Shown here piece by piece: positions 20,801 through 33,700 of a stretch of 64,000 bases of DNA. The notes below the pieces were generated by a model. It was given only the letters and a program-made list of their open reading frames with translations, was not told where the DNA came from and made no database searches. The position numbers were made by a program, and so were the translations under genes. Each line of letters starts with the position of its first letter. Position 1 is the first letter of the stretch. The DNA comes from Eledone cirrhosa (lineage: Eukaryota), in the NCBI GenBank assembly GCA_964016885.1, contig OZ024740.1:63922001-63986000 (forward strand), written 5' to 3'.

Positions 20801-20977
20801 AATATATGAACCACCGCCCGGTTGTGGAACCAACCAACCAACCGGAAATTTATAAATTCTTAAACTTATAAATTTAATTTATAATAAATTGGAGTGAAAG
20901 CAGCTGATGCGTGTGTTTCTTATTGGCAACATGACCCTCCCAAAGTATAACAATATATATATATACTAATATATACA

Positions 20978-21013
<36 letters not shown>

Positions 21014-21879
21014 TAATATATATATATATATATATATACTAATTCAGGCTGTTTGTTTACAAACAAACCGAGCATTATAATAAATGTTCGGTAAACCCAT
21101 ACGTACATATATATATATGTGTGCATGTATGTATGTATATACATACTACTGTACGTCTGTATACATATATGTATGTATGTATACATACTTATATTTAAGT
21201 ATCAGCCGTACTAAGAGTGAGAAATGAAATTTCATTTTTTCCATTTATATATATATATATATATATATATACTCACACAGTTTCATCGTCTAAAAGTGGC
21301 CGATTCTATGAGAACTAGATTCCACAAAAAACAACAAAAAACCCACCAATATTGTTTATAGACAAGACAAGACTAGATGAGTTGCAGTATAAGAGAATAG
21401 CAGTATAAGAGAATAACGAACACATTATAATACGTCATAGCAGGAGCAAGTATATTGATCTGAACATCTTATTGCCTATTTGGCAACGATCTTTAGAATA
21501 CTTGTTGTGCTGAGTGTTCAACTTCTACTTCCGTTTCTTCTGTTTTGTATGGGAGTGAGGGAGCTTAACGATCTGCATGAGTACCAGTCATTCATCAATT
21601 TACATAAATTAACTATATCTGGTCCTATACAATGACCAACTCTACTGTTAGGCAAACTAAGCAGCCGCATAGGCTGCATACTCCACGAGGGCGCTTTATT
21701 AAAACTTAAAGGGCCATAGTTTAGTACGACTTAATAATTTCCTGCGATCAATAAATATATCACTGAACATGTTTTCCATGTTGCAACGCTGTGGAAATAT
21801 CAAAAGAGACAGAAAGGGTCATAAAAAGTTATAAGCTGTAACATAATTTTACGTGAGTGAGCGTGAATTGTGTGCTAGA

Positions 21880-22570
21880 AAATGCGAGTTTAGACCGCCT
21901 CGCCTGTCTCCGCTCCACTTCTCAGCCCAAGAGCGGCGCGTGGGTTCATTCGGTGCCCTCCTCATCAACTGGTACCCTTCTTGATGATGAGTGCATCCGG
22001 ATCGGCGTAGCCCAACGCCTTGGCCTCCACGTGTGTGAGCCACATATATGCGGCTGCGGGGCGGTTGTTGACAAGTTCGGCCTGCACCCTCTGTCAAGCC
22101 GCCAGTATGCAGGCCGGTTCCCCCCGACACGCCACTCTCAACGACATATTGAGAAGAAGCTTGGACGCAGCTGGCTTTCCATCTCAACTGGAGCCAGCAG
22201 GCCTAACCGCGGAGATGGCAAGCGCCCCGACGGAATCACCCTCTTCCCAGGTAGATCCCTCATCTTGGACGCCACCTGCCGCGACATGTTCTCCGCCTCC
22301 AACTTAGTCGCTTCGGCCACAAACCTCGGCATCGCAGCCAACCTCGCAGAAGAACGTAAAATAAACAAATACCGAGGTTTGTCCGGCCGCTTCCTCTTCG
22401 CACCGGTTGCCTTCGAGACCTCAGGCGTACTAGGACCCCATACTGCCGAGCTTCTCCGCAAGATCACAACGTCGGCGACCAATCTGAGGAAGTAGCCCCG
22501 AGAGGTGGCATGGCTGCTGCAACGGGTGTCACTGGCTATCGTCCGGGGAATGCCTTTGCCGTCTCGTCAG
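21880..22570 (+). mobile_element. 3' fragment of a CRE-like non-LTR element (zinc finger + restriction-like endonuclease)
   Basis: SGAWVHSVP, CGCG..HPLS, GDGKRPDG, DATC, EERKINKY, PVAFETSGVLG, WLLQRVSLAIVRG; frameshifted. Confidence 0.82.
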
Positions 22571-23019
22571 TGGGGCGCAGCACTTCTGCCATCTTGCCCT
22601 AGGCCCAAAGCCCAATCACCCTCCCCTCACCCTCTCTCTTCTGCGACACCAGAGCTCTTGCCATCCTCTCACTTTCCCGTTCTTTTTCTTCTTTCTTTCT
22701 CTCTTTTTCTTTCTATATTTCCCTATTCTTTCTTTTTTTGAAAATTTTTTCTTACTAAATTTTATTTTAAAAATAAACAATTCTTATAGTAATTTTCTTA
22801 GTGTGGTCAGAGTAAGAAGTATCAAAATCTATTTGTCAGCTTTCCACACTTTAATTTCAAATTATTTTCTTTGGGAGAATGGTGGTGATAACATGGAAAC
22901 AGAGGTTCATATAGTATGACTAACTTACGGCGCTAAATATTCAGGTGCTGGCACTATCATGTCCCGGTATCTGTTTATAATTAGTTGTTCATGAATAATT
23001 AAAAAGATATTTTTTGTAC

Positions 23020-23110
23020 CATTAGTGTACCATTAGTATTTTAGTACTATTAGTATTAGTATTAGTACTATTAGTATTAGTACTATTAGTATTTTTAGTA
23101 CTACTAGTAT
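23020..23110. repeat. Degenerate (ATTAGT)n repeat
   Basis: Directly visible. Confidence 0.8.
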
Positions 23111-23847
23111 TTTCAAATTTCCCCTTTGTCGGTTGTTCTAATACGGTTGAGATGTAAACAAAATTTACAGAACAATACAGAGCGGGTTGGGAGAATTTAC
23201 TTTCGAAAAATAACAACAAGTTAAACGGGATGAAAACGGTTAGAAGCTCCTGGTCTAGAGACATTCTCAGAAATATCACAACTCATTTCACATCATAATA
23301 CGAATACATTCTTTTATCATTTTATGATTTTTTTTTACTGGTTTCAGTTGGGGCACACCTTGAAGAGTTTTAGCTGACTCTATCGACCCCAGTGCTTATT
23401 TCAGTCTGATACATATTGTGTATCGATCTCTATTTATTGAAACGCTAGAGAAACGGCTAGATTGTAACAATGTTTGCCAATACACACCCACACATACACA
23501 TCCACAGACACACGCACACATACACACTCAGACACTCCTGTATATATACTAGCAACGTTGTCCGGGTTTATTAATACTTGTTTTGGGGGAAACTGGACAT
23601 CTATGGAGGGGAGAGTGGGCTGGATGTTCACAGGGTGGAGGTCGAGTTGGTTCCATGTCATGTAGGCTACATTGCACTCCTCGACGACAGAAGGTTCAGT
23701 TGTGCTGTGGAGAACTCTGTTAATGAAGATATGTGAGGGTGGTAGTTGGAAGTATCACCATGTCGTCTACAAATTCCAGCCGACTGATTTTACACCCGCC
23801 AGTCATGATACCACTTCCGGCCTGACTGCATGTGCCAATCCTGTAAA

Positions 23848-24268
23848 TAATTGTTTCTACTTTAGGCACAAGGCCAGCAAATACCCAGTGCATTACTGGT
23901 ACTTTATTTTATCGACCCCGTAAGGATGAAAGGCAAAGTCAACCTCGGCGGGATTTGAACTCAGATCGTAAAGGGACGTAACTATGCTGGAAAGCATGGC
24001 GTCCGACCCTCTATCGATACTGCCAATCCACCGCCCTTCTACCAATCCTGTAAATATTGATTTCTAGTATAGGCCAGTAATTTTGGGGGAGGGGAAAGTC
24101 GATTAAATCGACCCCAGTATGTTACTGGTGCTTTATTTTATCGACCCCGTAAGGATGAAAGGCAAAGTTAACCTCGGCGGGATTTGAACTCAGACCGTAA
24201 AAGACCGTAACTCTATGCTGCAAAGCATGGTGTCCGACTCTCTACCGATACTGCCAATACACCGCTCT
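23848..24268 (-). mobile_element. Two tandem tRNA-derived SINE copies
   Basis: Minus strand: TGGCAGTATCG (A-box-like), GAGTTCAAATCCC (B box), body GCCTTTCATCCTTACGGGGTCGATAAAAT. Same family as 41670-42530. Confidence 0.82.
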
Positions 24269-24269
24269 C

Positions 24270-26420
24270 CAATCCTGTAAATAATGAACAGAAGAGGTGA
24301 CAGTACGCACCTTTGGCGGAGTCCGAATGGTTTCGATTTAGCACCATTTATCCGAACACAAATACTCGAGTATTCGTATACAGGCAGGGAAGCAAAAAGC
24401 TGACCATTTATCATATTCTCCTGCATAACCTTCCACAGCAGCTCCCGAGGAACGCGGTCATATGCCTTCTCATGGTCGACAAAGCGAAAATATACTTCCT
24501 GGCTATACTCCCACGATTTCTCAAATACCTGTCGGAGTGTGAATATTTGGTCAGCTGTGCTGCGCCTGGGGCGAAAACGGCGCTGTTCATAAGCTACTTT
24601 GGACTCGACAATATCCCTGCATCTCTTTGCCAGACATTTAGCATAGACCTTACCGGGGAGGCTTAACAAAGAGATCCCTCTATAATTGGAACAATCTTTC
24701 GTCCCCCTCTTTGAAAATTGGGATTATCTCTCCCGATTGCAATTGCTTAGGTGCCCTTCCAGAGATCCAGGCTACCCTACACACAGATATCGGATTGGAT
24801 TTTATCTTCCCCAGCGGCTTTGCCACATTTGAGCTCTTTGACTGCTCTTGCAGACTCAGCCTCCGAGAGATTAGTCACCGCTCCCAGATGCACCTCGTGT
24901 ACATCTGAGGATGCTGTTGTGATTGGGTTTAGGAGATCAGCAAAGTATTCTCTTCAACTCCGAAGAGAGGAGAACCAAGACGGGTTCTTGATAGCAGGTG
25001 TGGAGGAAGGCTTCTTATTACGAAGTTGGCGGATGGTCTGCCACAACACTTTGTTTGCTGATCTGAAGTCGGATTCCTGCTTAACTCCAAAGTCCGCTCA
25101 TATCTTAACGCTGGACACTTTTACTGTCTCTGCTGCGAATTTTCGTGCCTCCTTATACCGCAAGTGCACGAAGGAGGACTTATTTCCAAGCTAAGATTTG
25201 TAAGCCTCCTTCTTTTCTTGGATGGAATTTTTGACCTCTTGATTGAATCAAGGGGTCTTCCTGCCATTCGGCGCCACACAAAGTCTCTTTTACCCGCAGC
25301 ATTTTACAGCCAAAGCAGAAACGGCTGAGCTGAACAATCTCCACACTGTCTCAACGTCCTCAGTTTGTTCAGGGACTTCTCAGAATTTGTATGCAATAGT
25401 ATCTGCGTACCTGGTCCTGACATCCTTATCCACCAACACTTCCCATTTTATCTTGCCTGGACCTGCTAGTTTTGTGGGCTTCTTTGGATTTAGGTAGTCT
25501 CAAGTTGAGGATAATTAGATGGTGATCAGTTGACAGCTCAGCTCCTCTCTTAACACGTACATCCAGCACAGCGTCAAAGAGATCAGAGACCATTACAAAA
25601 CCAATTATTGATTTCTGTCCTTGATTACCATGTATATTTATGGATGTCTCTTTGCTGGAATAAAGTGTTCATAATAGAGAGTCCATTGCTAGAACAGAAA
25701 TCCAGCAAGGCTTCTCCATTCGTATTTAGATCGGGATCACCATTCCTTCCAATCACTCCTTACCATGTCAGGTTGTCAGTGCCAACATATGCGATGAAGT
25801 CTCTCATCAGTATATATGACTCAGTCTTAACTGCATCTAATACTGCAGTGACTTTATCAAGGAAGGACCTATATTCAGACTCCTTGTTTGGTGCATAAAC
25901 TTGCACCACCACAGAGACATATCTTTCAACCTAAGCTTCAAGAGGCAAATCATCCCACCTAATGGGATCCTGTCCATAACACATCCTGACAGCCGGGGGC
26001 TTGTAAGTATCCCAACTCCCGCCTGTGCAGTCATTTCTGTCGCCACATCTGAATAGTGGAGTTTCTATCCCTCATTCAAATCTACAGTATCAGAGCCATG
26101 GAACTTTGTTGAAGAAACCCCGAATATATCTATTCGGTAGCATCTAGCCTCCTCCACTAGTTCCTGCTTCTTAACCTGTAAGGGTTGTGATGTTCCAGAT
26201 TCCAACGGTTGCAGCTTTTCTCCCTTTCTGACCCTCTTTGAGGTCTCGGGACACGCAACTTTTGTGTGTCCATCCCTCGCCTCCCAGGAGAGGTCGCAGG
26301 CCCATCGCCAGTTTTTGCGGCATAAAATGGAGATTGCAATATATTTTTCGAACAGGCCCGAACGTGTCCCTTGTTAACCCGCGCAAAGGGCGGTGCGGTA
26401 TGGAGAAAGATGTTGACAAT
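24270..26420 (-). mobile_element. Degraded RTE-clade LINE (APE + RT N-terminal half)
   Basis: VGIWNITTLTG (~26200), AGVGIL (~26020), LSLPGKVY..FRP.RSTADQIFTLRQ.FEKSWEY..FVD.EKAYDRV (24670-24400); many stops and frameshifts. Confidence 0.82.
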
Positions 26421-27245
26421 CTTTCTTTCACCATGGAATGTTGATTCACAAAATTGTTGCATCTAAATAATCCAGAAGAAGGTTCCAGTCGAACTTCGTA
26501 CAATATGCAGAAAAAAAAATCTTCAAATATTTTAAGGCCATTTTTATTGCTAGCCATGCAGGTTCTTATCGGCAGAGAATGACTGAGCTTGCATGGGTCT
26601 CTTGGCTGAACATATCATCGGAGCCATAACATTTATGGTAGCCCCTCTTCCCCTCCCCCAAAATTGGCCTCCTTTAAAAATGATGGGTCCCTGACTACAG
26701 CTCACTCAGCCCACCCCTTAATCTGCAACTAATGGAGTCCATACTGAAGCAATATTTTACGATTCCTTAGCGTTAACCCTTTTAGTCGCCTTTTACAGTG
26801 AGTCTACTGTATTTTAAACTGGATACTCATGGCGAAAATAAGAAAACAATTATAGAATCTAAAATGAAATTTTACTGTACCATCTTTGTTTTATGTTTTC
26901 CAGGGAAACATGCTTTTTAAAAAAATACTATTCTAATTTGCATAATTGCACTAAACATGGTTGTATTTTTTTAATTAGTAACCTTTTCCAATTTCTGTTG
27001 CAGTGCTTAGGGTTATGCAATATTCTTGTTTGTTTTTTTACAGTCAGCTGTTAAAAATAACGAATTCCTACTGATTCCAACTAAAAAAAAAAGAAAATAA
27101 TCTTTTTCTAGAAAGTATTACGAAAAGTTACAAAGTCTCTCATTTTCTTAAACAGACAGAATTTCAGCTGTCTTGCTACAACATGGCCTACAGCTTGGAA
27201 GTACATAAAACATACATTTATTCACATGTATATATGTATGTATGT

Positions 27246-27492
27246 TATCTCTTTCTCTTAATTTCGAGTATTTTTTTTTGACCGGCCATCTTCCTGGTGG
27301 CAAGGTTGTAAAAGAAAAGAAATTGTCATCCCTTGAATCGCAAGAATCTTTTGCAAATTTTGAAGGTGCCATCTATCGCAGCCATTTGTAGACTATGAAT
27401 TAGGGAGCTGCGCTTTTTGTCCGCAAATCCAAGTTCAGTCATACTTTGGTCCAAGCGGGTTGGTATATAACCCGTAGCTCCAATAATGATGA
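27246..27492 (-). mobile_element. Short 3' fragment of an R4-like RLE element between (TATG)n tracts
   Basis: IIIGATGY...LGF...LQMAAIDGTFKICKRF is homologous to the C-terminus of ORF 36125-37765. Confidence 0.75.
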
Positions 27493-27493
27493 G

Positions 27494-27562
27494 TATGTAT
27501 GTATGTATGTATGTATGTATGTATGTATGTATGTATGTATGTATGTATGTATGTATGTATGT
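27494..27562 (+). repeat. (TATG)n microsatellite
   Basis: Directly visible. Confidence 0.98.
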
Positions 27563-28020
27563 ACAAAGGGCAAAGGAGCTCTTAAGAGTCAATGGCCATC
27601 CAAAATCACCGGGAGAGATGACCCCTTAGCCTTTGTCAAGGCAGAATTCTAGGAGAAGGAAAACTCTGATATAACACCTGCAACCCTGATGGTATCCAAT
27701 GATGTTGACTTGTTCTTCTTTTTGGTAAATATCATCTTGGTTAAGAGAGTGGGACTGGCTTTGTGCAGTGCCTTTGCTCACTATAAAAGCTTCACGGCAC
27801 AGGCATTGCTTTATATCTGGAGATCTCTCTGCACTTGTCGTCACATGGTACCATGGGCCCAGCACTATGTGTCAGTAATTGTCACAAGTGTAGTGTTTGT
27901 ACCAGAGTTTTCAAGTCACTGGCTGAGACTAAAAAGTCACACTCGTTCAGCGCATCGGTAGGGGTTCTCCTACATGGATATAAAGTAGTGGCCGTACTCG
28001 AAAACGAGTTGGCAGCCACC
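27563..28020 (+). mobile_element. Probable internally deleted non-autonomous RTE derivative
   Basis: 5' part contains CTAGGAGAAGGAAAACTCTGA (recalled RTE 5'UTR motif). 3' part encodes CSVCTRVFKSLA/LKSHTRS, like the end of ORF 28025-30424. Ends in a CTCG-AAAA-CGAG hairpin plus (TATG)n. Confidence 0.6.
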
Positions 28021-28049
28021 ATGTATGTATGTATGTATGTATGTATGTA

Positions 28050-30424
28050 TAGAAGACTTGTTGGCTGATAAGAGGCGTGCTCTGTCACGCTACTTGACGG
28101 CAAAACCACAGGAGAGGAATACGTTGCATGAGGAACTCAGGGATGTAAAATCACGTGTTAGGCGGAGTCTTTCTCAGATGAAGGATCAGTGGTGGAGTGA
28201 TAAGGCTAGTGAGATACAAACTGCGTCTGATTCCAATAACACAAAGCTGTTGTACAGTCTCTTGCGTGAGGTTTATGGACCGTCTTCTTCTCTTGTGACA
28301 CCGCTTCGCAGCAAGGATGGCAAAGAACTTCTTCGTGACTCACAAGGAATTCTACGAAGGTGGCGAGAGCACTTTGATGATCTTTTGAATCAGCCGTCTG
28401 TCGTCAGAGAAGATTTCCTCAATCTCATTCCAGAAAGTCCTGTGAAAGTAGCTCTCGCAGAACCTCCGACGCTTGTGGAGGTTGCAGTGGCTATTTCGAA
28501 GCTGAACAGTGGAAGATCTCCAGGTATGGATGGCATACATGCTGAGCTCCTACAATATGGTGGTGTGAGACTCCTGCAACATCTTCACTCTTTGTTTGGC
28601 AGGATATGGGCTAATGAATCCGTACCTGAGGACTGGAGAGATGCAGTAATGGTGGTCTTGTACAAGGGAAAGGGTAACAGGAACGATTGTGGGAACTACA
28701 GAGGTATATCATTGCTTTCTGTCGTAGGGAAAGTTTTATGTAGGGTGCTTCTGGACCGTCTGCTGACACACATTGCAGATTGTGTTCTTCCTGAAAGTCA
28801 ATCTGGTTTTCGTGCTGGACGCGGCACTACTGATATGATCTTCTCAGCTAGACAGCTCCAGGAGAAGTGCATTGAACAAGGCTTGGATCTGTATCAGGTT
28901 TTTGTCGATCTGACAAAAGCTTTCGATACTGTTAACAGAGATGCATTATGGAAGGTTCTCCAGAAACTTGGTTGCCCTGATAAGTTCCTTGCTTTAGTTA
29001 GGTCTTGGGTTAATGTCGGAGGTAACATGTCGGAGCCTATCTCAGTAAAAAATGGAGTGAAACAGGGTGATATTCCAGCACCGACCCTGTTTGCCATATA
29101 CTTTGCAATGGTTTTCTGTATTGCATTCAGGAATTACGAGCATGGTGTTTACATCCGATATCGAACCTCAGGCAGCATATTTAACATCAGGCGCTTTGCT
29201 GCGAAGACAAAAGTATTTACATCAATCATAAGAGACCTCTTGTGTGCAGATGATTGCGATCTTGTAGCGCACACAGAGAGTGATATGCAGCACATTTTGA
29301 ATGCATTTTCTGACGCTTGCACTGCCCTAGGTCTGACTGTCAGTCTCAAGAAAACCGTCGTCATGTACCAACCTGCCCCTGGTAAGCAGTACACTGAACC
29401 AAACATCTATGTGTATGGCAAACGACTTGGAGTGGTTGATCAGTTTGTCTACCTGGGAAGCACTGTCAATCGATACAGCAACCTTGACAGTGAAATCTCA
29501 CTTAGGATTAGGAAAGCAAGTGATGCTTTCGGAAAGCTAGAAAGGCGACTCTGGGGTCGGCGAGACATATGCAGGAGGACAAAGGTAAAGGTGTACAGGG
29601 CATGTGTGCTCTCTTGTCTTCTTTATGCTTGCGAGACCTGGGTCACATATCGACACCACCTTAAGCAATTGGAGAATTTCCATCAGATGTGTCTCAGACG
29701 GATCCATGGCGTTCACTGGAGGGACCACATCAGTGATGTCGAGATTTTGGATAGCTCTATGTGTGACAGTATAGAAGCTCTTGTGCTTAAGCAGCGACTG
29801 CGTTGGAGTGGTCACCTTGCCAGGATGAAGGATTCTAGAATACCAAAACAACTCTTTTATGGAGAGTTGGTTAAAGGAAAACGACCGCCACATAAACCAA
29901 AAAAGAGGTATAAGGATTCCTTGAAAGGCTCTCTGAAAGACGCTAACATCTCTGCTGATACATGGGAAAATATTGCTGCTGATCGTAATAAATGGAGAAA
30001 GACTGTATATGAGGGAAAAGTTGCTTTTGAGGCATCTCGAATCGCATATGAGAAAGTAAAGCGGGATGTGAGGAAGGGCATTGCTGTTGCACTTCCAGAC
30101 GGCGAGAGTCCTCCTATGGTGCTGACATGCAGCGTATGTGCGAGACTTTGCCTAAGCAAAGCTGGACTCGAAAGTCATCTTCGCAGTCATAAAGTAAGAC
30201 CAGTGGTTGACTACCAGGCTGCTGTTGGAGATGCTACTCATCATGCTTGCCAAACATGTGGTAGAGAATGTAAATCAGCAGGAGGGCTCAAGCGACATGC
30301 AGAAGTACACGAACTCCAACCACAGCCGACTATTCCCAGTAAATGTTTTGGATGCCGACTCTGTGCAAGACATTTTAGATCATTGGCTGGGCTAAAAAGC
30401 CACATTCGATCGCAGCGCTGTTAG
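28050..30424 (+). CDS. RTE reverse transcriptase with three C-terminal C2H2 zinc fingers (5'-truncated; the annotated start lies in the microsatellite)
   Basis: SPGMDG, YRGISLLS, QSGFR, FVDLTKAFD, GVKQG, LLCADD, YLGS, LRWSGH; fingers CSVC..HLRSH, CQTC..HAEVH, CRLC..HIRS. Confidence 0.88.
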
Positions 30425-30432
30425 TTGCTATC
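28050..30432 (+). mobile_element. 5'-truncated RTE-clade LINE
   Basis: Begins right after (TATG)n, lacks the APE domain, ends in (TG)n. Confidence 0.9.
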
Positions 30433-30732
30433 GTGTGTGTGTGTGTGTGTAGTTATGCTTATGTGTGTGCGTGTGTGTGTATATATATATGTATATGTAT
30501 ATTATTATTGTTGTTGTCGTTATTATTATTGTTGTTATTATTATTATTATTATTATTGTTATTAATGTATGTGTGTGTGTATATGTGTGTGTGAGTATGT
30601 GTGTGTGTGTATGTGTGTGTATATATGTATGTATATGTATATATATATATATATATATTTCTTTTTTTTTTTTTAAATTTTTCTTTTCTTTTCATTTATT
30701 TATTATTATTATTATTATTGTTATTGTTATTC
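30433..30732. repeat. Compound (TG)n/(TA)n/(TTA)n microsatellite block
   Basis: Directly visible. (TTA)n at ~30695-30732 abuts the 3' end of the R4/Dong-like element. Confidence 0.95.
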
Positions 30733-33700
30733 CTTGAATCTCAGTCATTGATGTTGGTTAACTGGAAAGTCCGTTGGATTGAATATCAAACCACTACCTG
30801 CAGCCTCAGATATTCAGGACGTATCGGAGGGTTCTTGCTGTTCCAAGCAAGCATGCCTTTTGAAGCGTTCCAAAAAGCGTGAAGGGGCCGATTTTCTTCA
30901 ACCATCCCTGGAAACCTTTGGAGATAGTCCCCAGTGCGCCTATGACAATCGGGATCACTTTGACTTCATGGCAGTTCCAAATCCTTTTCACCTCCCACTT
31001 TAGGTCCTGGTATCGGTTAATTTTCTCCCTCTCCTTCTCTTGCACTCTCGTGTCGAACGGGCAGGCCACATCCACAATCAGGCACGATCTTTTTTCTTTG
31101 TCCACAACCACCAGGTCAGGTCTATTGTGTTCCAGTTTTTTGTCCGTCTGTATCCTAAAATCCCACAGCACCTTCACCTGACTGTTCTCCATCACCGCCT
31201 CTGGCCTATGCTCATACCATTTCTCAGAATGTGGTAGATTGTTTACTTTGCACAGGTGCCAGTGGATCACCTTGCCCATCACATCGTGTCTCCAGCCCTT
31301 ATAGTGGGTCTGGGCTAGGTGTTTACACTCGGACACAATGTGAGCCACAGGCTCCTCTCTCTCTCCACAGATCCTGCACAGTGGGCTAGCCTCCTTGTAA
31401 ATATGGTGCTTCAACCACTTCGTTTTGAGGGCCTGCTCCTGCGCAGCCATTAGCATTCCTTCTGTAGCCCATTTGAGGTCTCCTCTTCTCAACCAGTTCC
31501 ATGTCTGTGGATCTCTAAATTCAGTTTTCTCAAAGAAGGTACTATGAAGGGATTTTCCCTTAAGGCTGCTCTTCCTCCTTGATGTTATTTCCTCCTTGGA
31601 CATCCCCTGGCCTACTGTCCCCTCCTTCAGTACAGTTCTGAGCATTGGCTCCTTACTATAGGTCACGTATTTGTATAGGTTGTTTTTCTCCATCTGAACA
31701 CAGTCCTCTATGCTGATAAGACCTCTTCCACCCTCAGATCTCCTTAGGTAGAGTCTATCGACATCACTCCTCTTGTGGAACATGTTGTAGATAGTCAATA
31801 GCTTCCTAGTCTTCCTATCCATTTCTTTTTGTTCAGCAACATTCCATCTCAGAATTCCCGCACTGTACCTAATAATAGACACAGCTCGGGAATTTACTGC
31901 GCTTATGGCATTTCTGCTGTTCAGATGTGACTTCAATACGCTCCTTACTCTCCGAATGTATTCAGTTCTTAACAATTCCTTCATTTTTTTGTTCTTTATG
32001 CCATCAGCCTCCAGAACGCCCAAATACTTGTATCCTTCCTCAGAGTCAATTTCCTTTATCATCTCACCTGTTGGTATCTGGATCCCGTTACTTCTGCTCA
32101 ACCTACCCCTCTTCATCACAATGACTCCACATTTACCAATACCAAACTGCATACATATATCACTGCTGAAAATACGGACAGTGTCAACAAGCACATCCAA
32201 CTCCTTCTCACTTTTCCCGAAGAGCTTAAGATCGTCCATGAAGAGGAGGTGATTGATGGTAAGCTCTCCCCTTCCCAACTTGTATCCTGCTCTCACTTTT
32301 CGCAGCATAATGGTCAAGGGCATCAGGGCAAGGACAAACAACAGAGGGGACAGGCTATCTCCCTGGAAGATACCTCTCTTGATCTTCACGCTTCCCAAGG
32401 ATACTCCAGTTGATGTCAACTCTGTCTCCCAGGACCCCATACTCCTGCCCAGCAACTGTCTGATGTTATCTGCCACCCTGAAGATCTCCAGGCTTTTGGT
32501 GATCCAGGAATGAGGCACCATGTCAAATGCCTTTCTGTAGTCTATCCATCCCATGGCAAGATCAGTGTGTCTCCTCCTGCAATTCCCCATTACCATCTTA
32601 TCAATAAGCAACTGGTCCTTTGTACCACGTGACTTCTTTCGGCATCCTTTCTGTTCGTCCGGTAACAAGTTGTTTGTGTGGAGGTGATGGTAGATTTCCT
32701 CAGACACAATGCTCGTCAACAGTTTCCACATTACGGGCAGACATGTGATAGGTCTATAGTTGGTAACATCATTACCCTTGATTCGGTCTTTCATTATCAG
32801 AACTGTGGTACCCTTTGTCAACCACTCTGGCATCTCACCCGACACCAAGCAGTCATTGAACATGGCCGTCAGCTTCGGGTGGAGGGATGTTAAATGTTTA
32901 ATCCAATACCCCTGCACACCATCTGGGCCTGGTGATTTCCAGTTGGTTAGTTTTTTGGCTTGCCCCTTAAGAGTTTCAACTGTGATACTCAAATCAGTCT
33001 GTTGTTGTGCCTGCTCACCGATCTCTCTCTGTACTGTCTCAATCCACCCTGCCTGGGCATTGTGTCTAACATCCTGCTCCCATATTCCTCTCCAGAATGT
33101 TTTAGCTTGTTCCGCCCCAGGGATCAAGTCGTTGCCTCTTTGTTTCCCCTCAAGCTGTCCAAACAGCATCTTCTGGTTGTTGTCGAACATGCGGTTCTGT
33201 TTATACTGACTGACTCTGTTCTCGTATCGCCTGATTTTTGCACTCTTTGCTACAATGCGTTGCTTCAATTCCTCTATGATAATATTTAGCTTTTTACTCC
33301 TAGTTTTGTATTTTATTTCCAGTCTATTTTTAGTGCCTATGTTTTTTAGTGTCCCATTCAGTAGTGACTCAAGCTTTCCTATGTCATTTCTCATTTCCCC
33401 GATTTGCCCACTCAGTCGCTTCTTCCACCACGGCTCTGCTCTTTCTTGTCTGTTGTTTCCTCTCGCTTTTATACCAAGTAGTTTCCTCACCGTATTTGCT
33501 GTTGCTTTGAGGATATTGTTGCACTGGTGAAGGCTCCTCGCCTCAAGGTATGGGATGACTTTGTTTACCTTAGCTGTTGTTTCTTTTAACTTTTTCCTGT
33601 CTACAAATCTTAGGTTCATAGGTCTCCCACTATCATTGTTCAATTCATCTACCACTAAATTTAGGATGTCAACCGAATCTTGTCCTAGCCCGTCAGCATT

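Larger units (their letters stand above)
20035..20956 (-). mobile_element. 5'-truncated Penelope-like element: GIY-YIG endonuclease C-terminus between inverted ~295-bp pLTRs
   Basis: Minus-strand RLNKH...ILHQHAKIEH...RQITEAINIYELQPKLNRKHEW (20655-20425) is typical of the PLE GIY-YIG domain. Arms 20035-20328 and 20656-20956 are inverted copies. Confidence 0.82.

Noticed and set aside
23020-23110. Telomere-like repeat, and the idea that the arrays are HeT-A/TART- or SART/TRAS-like telomeric arrays
   Set aside because: The unit is ATTAGT, no TTAGGG/TTAGG tract occurs, and the two arrays point toward each other; nothing here shows a chromosome end.
23590-23830. Possible old RT fragment (minus-strand FVDDMVI near 23760)
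   Set aside because: One short motif with no supporting open frame; too weak to annotate.
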